From Spirochaetia bacterium (GTDB taxonomy: Bacteria > Spirochaetota > Spirochaetia > G963692905), in the NCBI GenBank assembly GCA_965220165.1, contig CBDCPJ010000050.1:6622-70621 (forward strand): a DNA stretch of 64,000 nt. Direction: 5' to 3'. Below, in pieces: positions 1-9,162 of the stretch (positions within the stretch are counted from its first letter, which is position 1; each line of letters opens with the position of its first letter). Position numbers and translations under genes: made by a program. Under the pieces are notes generated by a model. The model was not told the origin of the DNA. It made no database searches and saw only the letters and a list, made by a program, of their open reading frames with translations.

Positions 1-688
1 TCAACACAAGATTGAACGCCGGCCATCGGGTTATTCGTATAAACTCGACTACCAAAAAGGCATTCAGCAAAAAAAATATTATAACCGCTATAAAGTAATT
101 CATAGCGCTGTGTTGCGAATAGAGATCAATAAGGTAGCGATTAAAAACATAGATATCTTTCGCTATTCCTTGAGAGGCTCGATAGAAATCGAGGACGGTA
201 AATGGTTGGGATCGAGGTTCGTCAACGAGACTATGTCGAGAAAGAGGCACCCGTTCATAAGCGACATGCGGGCGGGAATTGGAACGATAGAGGATGGCTC
301 TATCTTCTCTTGTCCAATAGATAGAGTCATGCTCTCCTAGCCTATAGAGATTATCGCGAACGGGATAGAGCGAAATTGAGGTATCGTAATTATCTATAGA
401 CATCAAAAAAGAATAAGCGAAATACAATAACGCGTTTGAAAAAATAAAAAGAAATATGAGCGTGAATTTTGCGGCTCGAACCTGTCGAGTAAAATGAAAC
501 CGTATAGAGAATATGGCGGCGAATAGCGAAAATGGCAATGCCGCCGCCACAATACGAGGCCAAAAAAGTCCGTCGATGCCGACGTTAATGCCAATCCTCT
601 CCAAACCTATCAGTATTCCCGAGAAAATAACCGTATAGACAATAACAGCGACGAGATAGCGTAATATGCCCGATACAAATACTCTCAC
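1..688 (-). CDS. Hypothetical membrane protein, runs off the window edge (not in ORF track)
   Basis: Manual translation: GTG at 688, 3 nt after the ftsK stop, reads VRVFVSGILRYLVAVIVYTVIFSGILIG... with no stop down to position 2. About 229 codons with several hydrophobic segments. Confidence 0.75.
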   Translation of the reverse strand, partial: MRVFVSGILRYLVAVIVYTVIFSGILIGLERIGINVGIDGLFWPRIVAAALPFSLFAAIFSIRFHFTRQVRAAKFTLIFLFIFSNALLYFAYSFLMSIDNYDTSISLYPVRDNLYRLGEHDSIYWTREDRAILYRSNSRPHVAYERVPLSRHSLVDEPRSQPFTVLDFYRASQGIAKDIYVFNRYLIDLYSQHSAMNYFIAVIIFFLLNAFLVVEFIRITRWPAFNLVL

Positions 689-691
689 GAA

Positions 692-2992
692 CTACAATAA
701 TATCTCGCGAGACTTGCTCCCATTCGGGGGCCCTACTATGCCTTGCTGTTCCATAATATCGATGATCCGCGCCGCTCGATTATAGCCAATTTTAAGTCGT
801 CGTTGTAAATAGGAGGCCGAAGCCTTTCGAGTCTGCTCCACAATAGCCCGCGCTTCGGAAAACAGCGCGTCGCTATCGGAACTATCAGCCTCTTTCGTTT
901 CCGACTCTTCATCGTCGAATATCGCCTCGTCGATATAGTCGGGAAGACCATATTCGCGCGTCGCGCCGGCAATATTCTCGACCTCCTCCTCGGTCAATAA
1001 CGCTCCCTGAATACGTTCGGGATTGGGCGCCAGCGACGATACAAAAAGCATATCGCCTTGCCCCAAAAGGCTCTCCGCGCCGCCGGTATCGATAATAATA
1101 CGCGAGTCTATTTTGCTAGAAACCATAAATGATATACGAGATGGAATGTTTGCTTTAATAAGCCCCGTAATAACTTCGGTCGACGGGCGTTGCGTCGCTA
1201 ACACAAGATGCATCCCTACCGCGCGCGCCATTGCGGCCAATCGCGCTATCAGGGACTCGATCTCTTTGCCTCCAGTAATCATAAGGTCGGCAAATTCATC
1301 GATGACAATAACCCAGTAGGGAAGATGCTCGGCAGTAACTCCACGTTCTTTAATACGGCGATTATAGGTTGTAATATCTCGCGCGCCAAGCGCGTCTAAA
1401 AGATTATAGCGACGTTCCATCTCAAAAATACAGTATTTCAGCGCGGCAATAGCGCGTTTTGGCGATGTAACCACCGGAGTAAGGAGATGCGGTATTCGAT
1501 CATAGAGTTTTAATTCAACTATTTTGGGATCAATGAGCAACAATCGAATATCTCGCGGGGATCTGCTAAATAATAGCGAGCATATTAAACAATTGATCCC
1601 CACCGATTTACCGGTGCCGGTGGCTCCCGCGATTAAAAGATGCGGGGTGCGAGTCAAATCGATAATTTTAGCCGTTCCCTGCACATCCCTGCCTAAAGCA
1701 ATAGGCAACCGAAAGGTGTCGTTGCTGAATTGAGCGTCGCGAATGAGATCGCCAAATCCGACTGTTTGTCGCTTCGCATTCGGAATCTCAATCCCTATGG
1801 CCTCTTTACCGGGTATCGGCGCGACAATTCGAACGCTCGCGGCCGCCAATCGAAGCGCGATATTATCAGCCAATCCGGTGATTTTAGTCAATTTTACTCC
1901 CGGCGCAGGGAGCAGTTCAAACATTGTGATAACCGGACCGTAGCGAATCGCCGTTACTTCGGCTTTGATATTAAAATCGCTCAATGTCTCAAGCAACAAT
2001 TTCGCAGAGGATTGCACGTGATTATTGGATTGATCAAGTCGCAACGTTTCGTATTCTTTGACTAACCCATCTGGAAAAATGGCGTAGCGATTATCATCTT
2101 TCCTTTTTACATATTCATTTACATCCTCAGATTTATCCCGAAGCTTTTTCGATATTGGATGGAATCCTTCTGAATCGTAATATACTTCGAACGCGCCCCC
2201 GTCATCCTCTTCCTCATAGTCATTGGGCATACCTTCAGAGACCTGTCCTCCATTATCGTATTGCCCTTCCGCCAATGGAACATTAAGCGCCGAACGAAGC
2301 GATTCGTCAACAAAATTATCGTCATCGAGCGCTGCGCCCACGCGATCATCCGCATTCCCCGCGGTTACTCGAGCCGCGATCGAGTCTGCCGTCGAATCAA
2401 CCGCTACCCGTCCCATTTCCAAGCCTGCTATTTCATTCTCTGCTGGCAAATCGGCCGCTAATTGCCCTATAGATACATTCTCTCTCATAGCGGCCTTCTC
2501 ATTGGCATTTTCCCGGACAATACTATCATCACTATTATTCGAAGAAAAACCGTCAAACTGCTCGGGCGACGATATGTCTCTTCCTCCATTGGGCGACAAA
2601 AGACGTCCGCTCTGCGCCTGCTCTGCCGCGGAATAGCCGCCTGCTCTGCCGCGGAATGATCGCTTGCCGCCTGCGCCATCGCGGAACGATCGCCTACCGC
2701 CTGCTCTGCCGCGGAATAGCCGCCTACGGCTTGCTCTGTCGCAGAATGGCCGCTTGCCGCCTGCGCCATCGCGGAACGATCGCCTACCGCCTGCTCTGCC
2801 GCGGAATAGCCGTCTACGGCTTGCTCTGCGGAACCTTGCCGCCTGCGCCATCGCGGAAGGATCGCCTACCGCTTGCCGCTCTGCGCCATCGAATAGCCGA
2901 ACGATTGCTCTGCCGCCTACCGCTTGCTCTGCCGCGGAATAGCCGCCTACCGCTTGCTCTGCCGCGGAATGACCGCCCGCAGTCTGCGCCAT
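692..2992 (-). CDS. ftsK: DNA translocase FtsK, C-terminal motor and gamma domains (3' part of a frame-broken gene)
   Basis: Walker A GATGTGKS, Walker B VIVIDEFAD, LATQRPS and gamma domain SASYLQRRLKIGYNRAARIID. The ORF start lies inside the repeat array, so it is probably not the true start. Confidence 0.95.
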   Translation of the reverse strand: MAQTAGGHSAAEQAVGGYSAAEQAVGGRAIVRLFDGAERQAVGDPSAMAQAARFRRASRRRLFRGRAGGRRSFRDGAGGKRPFCDRASRRRLFRGRAGGRRSFRDGAGGKRSFRGRAGGYSAAEQAQSGRLLSPNGGRDISSPEQFDGFSSNNSDDSIVRENANEKAAMRENVSIGQLAADLPAENEIAGLEMGRVAVDSTADSIAARVTAGNADDRVGAALDDDNFVDESLRSALNVPLAEGQYDNGGQVSEGMPNDYEEEDDGGAFEVYYDSEGFHPISKKLRDKSEDVNEYVKRKDDNRYAIFPDGLVKEYETLRLDQSNNHVQSSAKLLLETLSDFNIKAEVTAIRYGPVITMFELLPAPGVKLTKITGLADNIALRLAAASVRIVAPIPGKEAIGIEIPNAKRQTVGFGDLIRDAQFSNDTFRLPIALGRDVQGTAKIIDLTRTPHLLIAGATGTGKSVGINCLICSLLFSRSPRDIRLLLIDPKIVELKLYDRIPHLLTPVVTSPKRAIAALKYCIFEMERRYNLLDALGARDITTYNRRIKERGVTAEHLPYWVIVIDEFADLMITGGKEIESLIARLAAMARAVGMHLVLATQRPSTEVITGLIKANIPSRISFMVSSKIDSRIIIDTGGAESLLGQGDMLFVSSLAPNPERIQGALLTEEEVENIAGATREYGLPDYIDEAIFDDEESETKEADSSDSDALFSEARAIVEQTRKASASYLQRRLKIGYNRAARIIDIMEQQGIVGPPNGSKSREILL

Positions 2993-3490
2993 CGCAAAAT
3001 GGCCGCCTACCGCCTGCTCTGCCGCGGAATGACCTACCGCCTGCTCTGAAACCTTGCCCCATCGCAGGATGGCCGCTTGCCGCCTGCGCCATCGCAGAAC
3101 GATCGCCTACCGCTTGCTCTGCCGCGGAATAGCCGCCTACGGCTTGCTCTGCCGCGGAATGACCGCTTGGCCGCCTACGGCTTGCTCTGTCGCAGAATGA
3201 CCTACCGCCTGCTCTGCCGCGAGATGACCGCCTGCAACTTGCCCCATCGCAGGATGGCCGCTTGCCGCCTGCGCCATCGCAGAATGACCGCCTACCGCCT
3301 GCTCTGCCGCGGAATAGCCGCCTACGGCTTGCTCTGCCGCGGGATGACCGCCTGCAACTCTGCGCCATCGCAAAATGGCCGCCTACGGCTTGCTCTGTCG
3401 CAGAATGACCTACCGCCGCGGGATGACCGCCCGCAACTTGCCCCATCGCAGGGTGGCCGCTTGCCGCTTGCTCTGTCGCGGAGTGATTGC
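2615..3490 (-). repeat. Mosaic ~30-bp GC-rich tandem array in the FtsK linker (GGYSAAEQAV / GDRSAMAQAAS / GHSATEQAV units)
   Basis: Recurring + strand blocks taccgcctgctctgccgcggaatagccgcc and cgcttgccgcctgcgccatcgc over about 875 bp, with small indels. Confidence 0.95.
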
Positions 3491-4028
3491 CTACAAACTG
3501 CTCCACTTCGGGAATTGATTGATCTTGTGGAATAGCGCGATCATATTTCCGCTTGCGCGGAGAATAGGATGTGGACCATTTGAGCGCATAGGAGCATCCT
3601 ATAATGAGTCCCGCTGTCAGTAGTAGGCTGGCAACAATGCCTCCGCGAAGAGTGAACGCGGAAATAACACCTTGAATAAATGGCGTATGCTCGATTGCTG
3701 AACCAAAAATAAGCCTGAGAGATAGGCTAAAGGTAACAAATGGAAATATTAGCAATAACAACGTAAATAGAGCGATCGGTTGATGCGGATAACGCATCAT
3801 ACGGTAAATCGCAAAAGCAAAGAAGAATGGAACAAAGAACGCGGCTATATGAAAACTTTCCAATAAAAAATTACCCGAAAGACGCATCGAAATGGTATAT
3901 AGGCTTTCTCCAGGTACATTAAAAAGATAGGCTAAGCAGGCTATCAGCAATACTATTCCAATAATTCCAAATAATATCGATAAGATATAAATATCTATGC
4001 GATCAGCATGTTTTGTTGTAGACGCCAT
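2814..4028 (-). CDS. ftsK: FtsK N-terminal membrane domain (5' part of the frame-broken gene)
   Basis: ATG at 4028 preceded by GAGGG. Several TM helices directly upstream of the motor domain, then entry into the repeat array. Confidence 0.8.
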   Translation of the reverse strand: MASTTKHADRIDIYILSILFGIIGIVLLIACLAYLFNVPGESLYTISMRLSGNFLLESFHIAAFFVPFFFAFAIYRMMRYPHQPIALFTLLLLIFPFVTFSLSLRLIFGSAIEHTPFIQGVISAFTLRGGIVASLLLTAGLIIGCSYALKWSTSYSPRKRKYDRAIPQDQSIPEVEQFVGNHSATEQAASGHPAMGQVAGGHPAAVGHSATEQAVGGHFAMAQSCRRSSRGRASRRRLFRGRAGGRRSFCDGAGGKRPSCDGASCRRSSRGRAGGRSFCDRASRRRPSGHSAAEQAVGGYSAAEQAVGDRSAMAQAASGHPAMGQGFRAGGRSFRGRAGGRRPFCDGADCGRSFRGRASGRRLFRGRASGRRQSNRSAIRWRRAASGRRSFRDGAGGKVPQSKP

Positions 4029-4103
4029 GCCCTCTATTTCGACAGATAAAGAAGGTGAGTATAACAAAATCGATGCCGGCGTCTTGCTGTCGACGCAGAA
4101 ATA

Positions 4104-4475
4104 TTAAAATGCCATTGCGTCAAGCGTATGTTCGCTTGTTTGCCCGGTAATACGCAGAAAAATACGATTGGGAAGGCATGCTATCCAATCGCCGAATTTA
4201 GAAACAGTGCCCGCCGAAACGCAGATTTGATCCCGGCATGGAGCTTCGGCGAACCGAACGCCGCCCTCTTCTATCTCTACTATATTTTCGCCTAATGGAC
4301 CGGCGATGACAACATGGCGGTTTTCCGCTAGCGGATAGAGCGTTTCGCCCTGCGCCGCTGTAATATGGACGTAATTCGCTTCCTGATTCCTTTCCGAGGC
4401 GGCGGAAACAACCCACACAACAATGACAATAACAATGAGAATAGCCACAAAATCAAATGGACGAATATCTTTCAT
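4104..4475 (-). CDS. NusG domain II-containing (Lin0431-like) membrane-anchored protein
   Basis: N-terminal TM helix, GPLGENIVEI and the family motif APCRDQICV...IACLPN. Confidence 0.85.
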   Translation of the reverse strand: MKDIRPFDFVAILIVIVIVVWVVSAASERNQEANYVHITAAQGETLYPLAENRHVVIAGPLGENIVEIEEGGVRFAEAPCRDQICVSAGTVSKFGDWIACLPNRIFLRITGQTSEHTLDAMAF

Positions 4476-4501
4476 TGATATCTTTTATAATACAATAAAA
4501 C

Positions 4502-5746
4502 CTATGCCGAAATACGAGAATTCGCGCTGATATCCTGAAATATCTCGAGATCAAACAATCCTATAGCGGCCAATAGATGGTCAAAAATATCTGCTTGCAC
4601 ACCTTCATAATCCACCCAATCAGTTTTTTGAGAAAATGCGTATATCTCGATAGGGACGCCTTTGGAAGTAGGCGCCAACTGTCGAACCATCGTCGTCATA
4701 TCTTGGCGCAAATTTTGATGGTGGCGTAAATATGTTATCATATAGGCTCGAAAGATCCCTAGGTTAGTCTGTTGGCGACCATTGAGTAAATCATCCACCG
4801 CTATATTCATACTTTTATTGTAACTTGTTATTTCTATTTCTTTATTGTCAACATAATCGCGTACCAGTAAATACCGACGGTAACGTTCAAGCATTTCTTT
4901 GGTGCAGAATTTGACGCTACGCATATCGATAGAAACGGATCGCTTAATTCTACGCCCGCCCGCATCTTGCATAGTTCGCCAGTTTTTAAAAGAGTCGCTG
5001 ATAAGCGCGTATATTGGTATTGAAATAACTGTCTTATCCCAATTCATCACTTTTACCGTCTGCAGAGAAATATCAATTACCTCGCCATCAATACCATGCT
5101 TTGAAACCTCAATCCAATCGCCAACCGATGCCAAATGATTGGCTGATATGCTAATACCCGCGGTAAAGCCCAGCAACGTATCTTTGAATACCAATAACAA
5201 TACAGCGCTCAATGCTCCTATGCCGCCGATCAACGCTCCGATGGAGCGGTTGAATAATATCAATATGCAACCTATGACGGCAATAATGAACACAGTAATA
5301 TGCGTAACCTGCATATACTGTTTGAGCGGACGCTTGGTCTTTGGAGCGTATATATCATGCAATCCGTTGATTAACGACGATATGAAAAGCGCCACCACAA
5401 TAATAAGATATATCCTAATCGCTCGCTCTACCAACTCTGTAAACCATGCCGAAGCGTTGACAACCAGGGGAAGAAGAAAGAGCGCTACCGCGGGCGCCAT
5501 GCGAATCAATATCTTGAGAATTCCTCTATCATAAAAAATTCTAGCCCATTTGAATGTAACATGTTGAATGAAACGCCGTATAATTCTATTAACAATAACT
5601 TTGGCGACTATCCAAAATATTATAGCGAGCGAGAAAACAAATATTACGCCAATCGCGATCGAGAGTATGCGGTCAAATGGCTGAGGAACATCCAATAGGC
5701 CTGGATCGCGAAGTAATTGAAATATGCTTATATTATCTTGAACCAT
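4502..5746 (-). CDS. mscS: Mechanosensitive channel, MscS family (YbdG-like)
   Basis: VFKDTLLGFTAGI, GDWIEV...DGEVIDISLQTVKVMNWDKT, GGRRIKRS, RQLAPT..G.PIEIY. Confidence 0.9.
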   Translation of the reverse strand: MVQDNISIFQLLRDPGLLDVPQPFDRILSIAIGVIFVFSLAIIFWIVAKVIVNRIIRRFIQHVTFKWARIFYDRGILKILIRMAPAVALFLLPLVVNASAWFTELVERAIRIYLIIVVALFISSLINGLHDIYAPKTKRPLKQYMQVTHITVFIIAVIGCILILFNRSIGALIGGIGALSAVLLLVFKDTLLGFTAGISISANHLASVGDWIEVSKHGIDGEVIDISLQTVKVMNWDKTVISIPIYALISDSFKNWRTMQDAGGRRIKRSVSIDMRSVKFCTKEMLERYRRYLLVRDYVDNKEIEITSYNKSMNIAVDDLLNGRQQTNLGIFRAYMITYLRHHQNLRQDMTTMVRQLAPTSKGVPIEIYAFSQKTDWVDYEGVQADIFDHLLAAIGLFDLEIFQDISANSRISA

Positions 5747-5757
5747 CGAGCGTTATA

Positions 5758-6807
5758 TTATAATTGAAGACTCTCGACTGTCCCGTTCCGTAACGAGCGC
5801 TCAATAGCTTCCATGCCGGCGATATCGGTAATTGCTCGCTCAAGAGAATAGTATGGGGCGCTCTGTTGACGAATACACTGCGCAAAGTGTCTCCACATAA
5901 TCGTATATGCGTTTGCTTCGTCTACTAACAATGGCTTTGCAGTTTTATCGTCTCGATGGGATATAAAGAGCTCGTCATCGATAAGATGCATAGTGCCGTA
6001 CTCGCAACGAACAATAAGATAATTCGCTTGATTCCCAAGCAAACCAGAATAAAGATATGATCCTGTTACACCGCTGCCATATTCGATCATCGTCATTGTC
6101 CAATCATATTGCCCAAAATCGGGACGCAGATTTTTCCCTCGAGCATAGAATGTCTTTGGTTCGCCAAAAAGATCTCCTAATAGAGCAAGATCATGTATGC
6201 CGCCATCAAAAAGCAACCCGAGGGGAAACTTGGGACGCTGGCGCCACAGTGTCTCTCCGTAGCTGTTATCGGCGCCTTTTTCGGCTAATAAGGTATTGCA
6301 GTTGGCGCGTTCGAAACTAATTGGACGACCCAACTCCTCTTTTCGAAGGCGATTTTTTATCGTAGTTATATTATGATTATACGGTGCCTGCTCTAATGTG
6401 TAGACCATTTTCCCGCTTTCTCGCATGGCTCTTTGAATATGCCGCGCTTCGTCGCTACTTGTCGCGACAGGCTTTTCTAAAAAGACCGACTTACCGGACC
6501 GCAACGACGAAATTGCCACTGGAGCATTGAGCGGTATAGGGGTAAGAACGACCACAGCATCGACCGTCGTAAGCGCGACGAGATGCTTATAATCTTTGAC
6601 CGACACGGCGCCGGGAAACTGCGCCGCAACCTTTTTCCTCGTCTTGTCGCTCCGCGCGCAAAAAGCGGTAACTTCAAAGCGATCGCTGAGATCGTCCAAT
6701 ATGGAGCGATGAACATAATCCCAAATCAACCCCGCGCCCACTATACCGAGCCTCAACTTTTTAGCGTCCAATCTATGTATGCTATAAGTTCTCTTGTAGC
6801 TTGTCAA
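5758..6807 (-). CDS. Gfo/Idh/MocA family oxidoreductase
   Basis: GIVGAG Rossmann motif, EKPVA, DGGIHD. Confidence 0.9.
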   Translation of the reverse strand: MTSYKRTYSIHRLDAKKLRLGIVGAGLIWDYVHRSILDDLSDRFEVTAFCARSDKTRKKVAAQFPGAVSVKDYKHLVALTTVDAVVVLTPIPLNAPVAISSLRSGKSVFLEKPVATSSDEARHIQRAMRESGKMVYTLEQAPYNHNITTIKNRLRKEELGRPISFERANCNTLLAEKGADNSYGETLWRQRPKFPLGLLFDGGIHDLALLGDLFGEPKTFYARGKNLRPDFGQYDWTMTMIEYGSGVTGSYLYSGLLGNQANYLIVRCEYGTMHLIDDELFISHRDDKTAKPLLVDEANAYTIMWRHFAQCIRQQSAPYYSLERAITDIAGMEAIERSLRNGTVESLQL

Positions 6808-7130
6808 TCATAACAATAACCCCAATTGCGAAGAATGACCAGATTCCCGCGCGCGATCGCTTCTTATTCACCGAACAGAACGACAGGCATTTTTTCATTT
6901 CTCCATGCCGCGCGCTTATCAGTCGTCCTGGTTCCTCTGTTATCTCTTAATCGACAAGAGTGGCAAGCGTCTTCTCATTGCCAAGCCTTTTTCTTTGCTA
7001 TTTCTTATCGGTTAGTATAAAGCAATAAAGCATTTTTCCAGCTTATCGATTAATTTTTTGTTGCCTGGCGCTATCATCACTACCTTTAAATTCGTCCTAT
7101 GCCTCCAAATGACCAATGAGCATATTGACC

Positions 7131-7910
7131 CTAGCGAGATACTGCTTTGCGCAGTATGCGATATACTAGACTACGAGGCAACAATCGATTCGTGATCATT
7201 ACGATGAGTCGATTGATCGCGCCGGGAATACAGATCGCCTTGCCTCGTTTAAGAGCGACGAAAGACGCGTCTACCACCTGTTCGGATGTCATCCATCGAA
7301 TCAACGACGCTTGCTTCTTGATTGTCTCCGTCGTCCCTGATTTGCGGTGGAAATCGGTGCGCGTTAATCCGGGTAGCAACGCTTGCACCACTATGCCATG
7401 AGGGCCCAATTCGCTGGCTAGCGCTTCGGAAAAGCTGGTAAGAAACGCTTTTGTCGCGCTGTAGATCGCCGTGTTGGGCACAGGATAAAATGATAGCAGA
7501 GAAGAAACGTTAATTATCGCTCCTCGCTTGTTCTTTACCATAGCGGGAGCTATCGCATGAATCAGTTGTAACGCGACGTCTATATGCACGCTCACCATAT
7601 TCTCATGTTCGAAGTAATCCACTTCGAGAAATGTGCCGTAGTTTCCAAACCCGGCGTTATTGATCAATACTTCGATATCTTCATAAGGCTGTATTTCTTG
7701 GAGCAAAGCGGAAAACTCTATTGGACTGGATAATTCGATGATATGTTCCACAACTTCGACTCCATATTTTTCTGCTATTTCCCGAGCGACCTGGGTCAAT
7801 TCTTCCTTTCTACGCCCTGTAATAACAAGATCATATCCCTGTTCTCCAAGGCGGTAGGCAAATACTTTTCCTATGCCGCTCGTCGCCCCGGTAATTACCG
7901 CTCTCGCCAT
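7131..7910 (-). CDS. Short-chain dehydrogenase/reductase (classical SDR)
   Basis: TGATSGIG, NNAG, YSATK. GGAG-type RBS upstream. Confidence 0.92.
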   Translation of the reverse strand: MARAVITGATSGIGKVFAYRLGEQGYDLVITGRRKEELTQVAREIAEKYGVEVVEHIIELSSPIEFSALLQEIQPYEDIEVLINNAGFGNYGTFLEVDYFEHENMVSVHIDVALQLIHAIAPAMVKNKRGAIINVSSLLSFYPVPNTAIYSATKAFLTSFSEALASELGPHGIVVQALLPGLTRTDFHRKSGTTETIKKQASLIRWMTSEQVVDASFVALKRGKAICIPGAINRLIVMITNRLLPRSLVYRILRKAVSR

Positions 7911-7922
7911 AGATTCCTCTCC

Positions 7923-9125
7923 TTATTGCGGCGCGTCAATTGCGCCTGAGTCGTTCTTCTGCATATTTTGTTGATTGAATAATATAAGTCCCACAATAAC
8001 TGGAGCGATAAATCCAACACTAATAATTCCAAATCCCGCGTTAGCTCCAACTATGTCTTGCACGACACCCACCGATCCATTAAATAGCGCTTGCAATAGC
8101 CCTGAAACAAGTAACGAAACACCCATCGCGCTTCCTGACGATCGGCCAAATTGTCGCGTGAGCATTAATATGGCTATCGGAAACAGCGGAGAGATGAACA
8201 ACCCGATGACTGGAAACAGGAACACAAGTCGCGGGATCAATAGAGCCGCTATAAAGCAACCAAGCGAGAGCGCGCCGCAAATTATTATCGTCATCGCCAC
8301 GCCAATACGATTGATAACGAATCCGGCAATAAGCCTGCTTATAGTAAATAACAGAAAAAATATCGAGAGCATTTGTCCGCTCGCAATCTCGCCGAATTGG
8401 CGTTGTTCGATAAGAAAAATTTTGATCCAGTCTCCAAATGAGACTTCGCTAATCAGCGCGCCGGTAAGCAATACAATCACCAGCCAGAGCGATCGAGATC
8501 GTAATAGTTCTCTAAATGTCGGCGCGCCCTTGATCGATTCGCGTTGGATTAGGGGAAGTGGAGCGAACCGCCATAATAGCAACGACAGCAACGCTATGGG
8601 CGCCACCAAAAGATAGGTCTGGTGCCAGATGAGCGATTTTTCTAATAGGAGCGTTATCAAATAGGGGGCGATAGTGGCGCCGGCGCCAAAAAAGAAATGG
8701 AGAACATTGAGCTTGAGCGCGGCGTTTTTTCCGAACCAATATCCTCCGGCCAAATTCACGCCCAAATCACCGCTTCCATTGGCGCATCGCAGAAAAAAGA
8801 AAATGAGAATGACCGAGAAAAAAGAGGTTGCCAGTCTCATAACAAGCAACACAACGGTAAGAGCTACGAGGCTAATTACCATAATGAGGCGAGGACCAAC
8901 TTTATCGCCAAATAAGCCGCTGACAAAAAACGACAGGAGAAAGCCGCAACTGCTTAATGCGGTTATCGCGCCGATCCTGCTATAGCTAAGATTTAAATTA
9001 TCGCGAATTATGGGCAATATAACTGTTCGAGACGCCTCTAAATACCCAATAATAAATATCGCCGAAAATGTTAGAATATAGACTAATCGAGATGAATTAG
9101 CCGAAGAGGTCGCGCGATCGCTCAT
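7923..9125 (-). CDS. MFS transporter
   Basis: About 12 hydrophobic segments, motif-A-like SGLFGDKVGPR, LNVLHFFFGAGATIAP. Confidence 0.88.
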   Translation of the reverse strand: MSDRATSSANSSRLVYILTFSAIFIIGYLEASRTVILPIIRDNLNLSYSRIGAITALSSCGFLLSFFVSGLFGDKVGPRLIMVISLVALTVVLLVMRLATSFFSVILIFFFLRCANGSGDLGVNLAGGYWFGKNAALKLNVLHFFFGAGATIAPYLITLLLEKSLIWHQTYLLVAPIALLSLLLWRFAPLPLIQRESIKGAPTFRELLRSRSLWLVIVLLTGALISEVSFGDWIKIFLIEQRQFGEIASGQMLSIFFLLFTISRLIAGFVINRIGVAMTIIICGALSLGCFIAALLIPRLVFLFPVIGLFISPLFPIAILMLTRQFGRSSGSAMGVSLLVSGLLQALFNGSVGVVQDIVGANAGFGIISVGFIAPVIVGLILFNQQNMQKNDSGAIDAPQ

Positions 9126-9162
9126 AATGAATAGTCGGAAATATTAAAAACGCGCGGCATCG

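Noticed and set aside
110-594. Short ORFs 110-340 (+) and 403-594 (-)
   Set aside because: Both overlap the longer membrane-protein frame 1-688 (-) and show no motifs.
2615-3490. Possible CRISPR array from the ~30-bp periodicity
   Set aside because: Units are contiguous with no unique spacers, lie inside ftsK, and there are no cas genes.
2485-3535. Several Arg-rich ORFs on both strands over the ftsK repeat
   Set aside because: They are by-products of a GC-rich repeat with few stop codons.
6826-7130. Riboswitch or small gene between the SDR and the Gfo/Idh/MocA gene
   Set aside because: Only a weak TGGCAA/TTGCCA inverted repeat is present, with no recognisable aptamer or convincing ORF.
7975-8616. 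213-aa antisense ORF to the MFS gene, and similar antisense ORFs over tkt, acnA, pntB and others
   Set aside because: These are shadow ORFs opposite well-supported genes.
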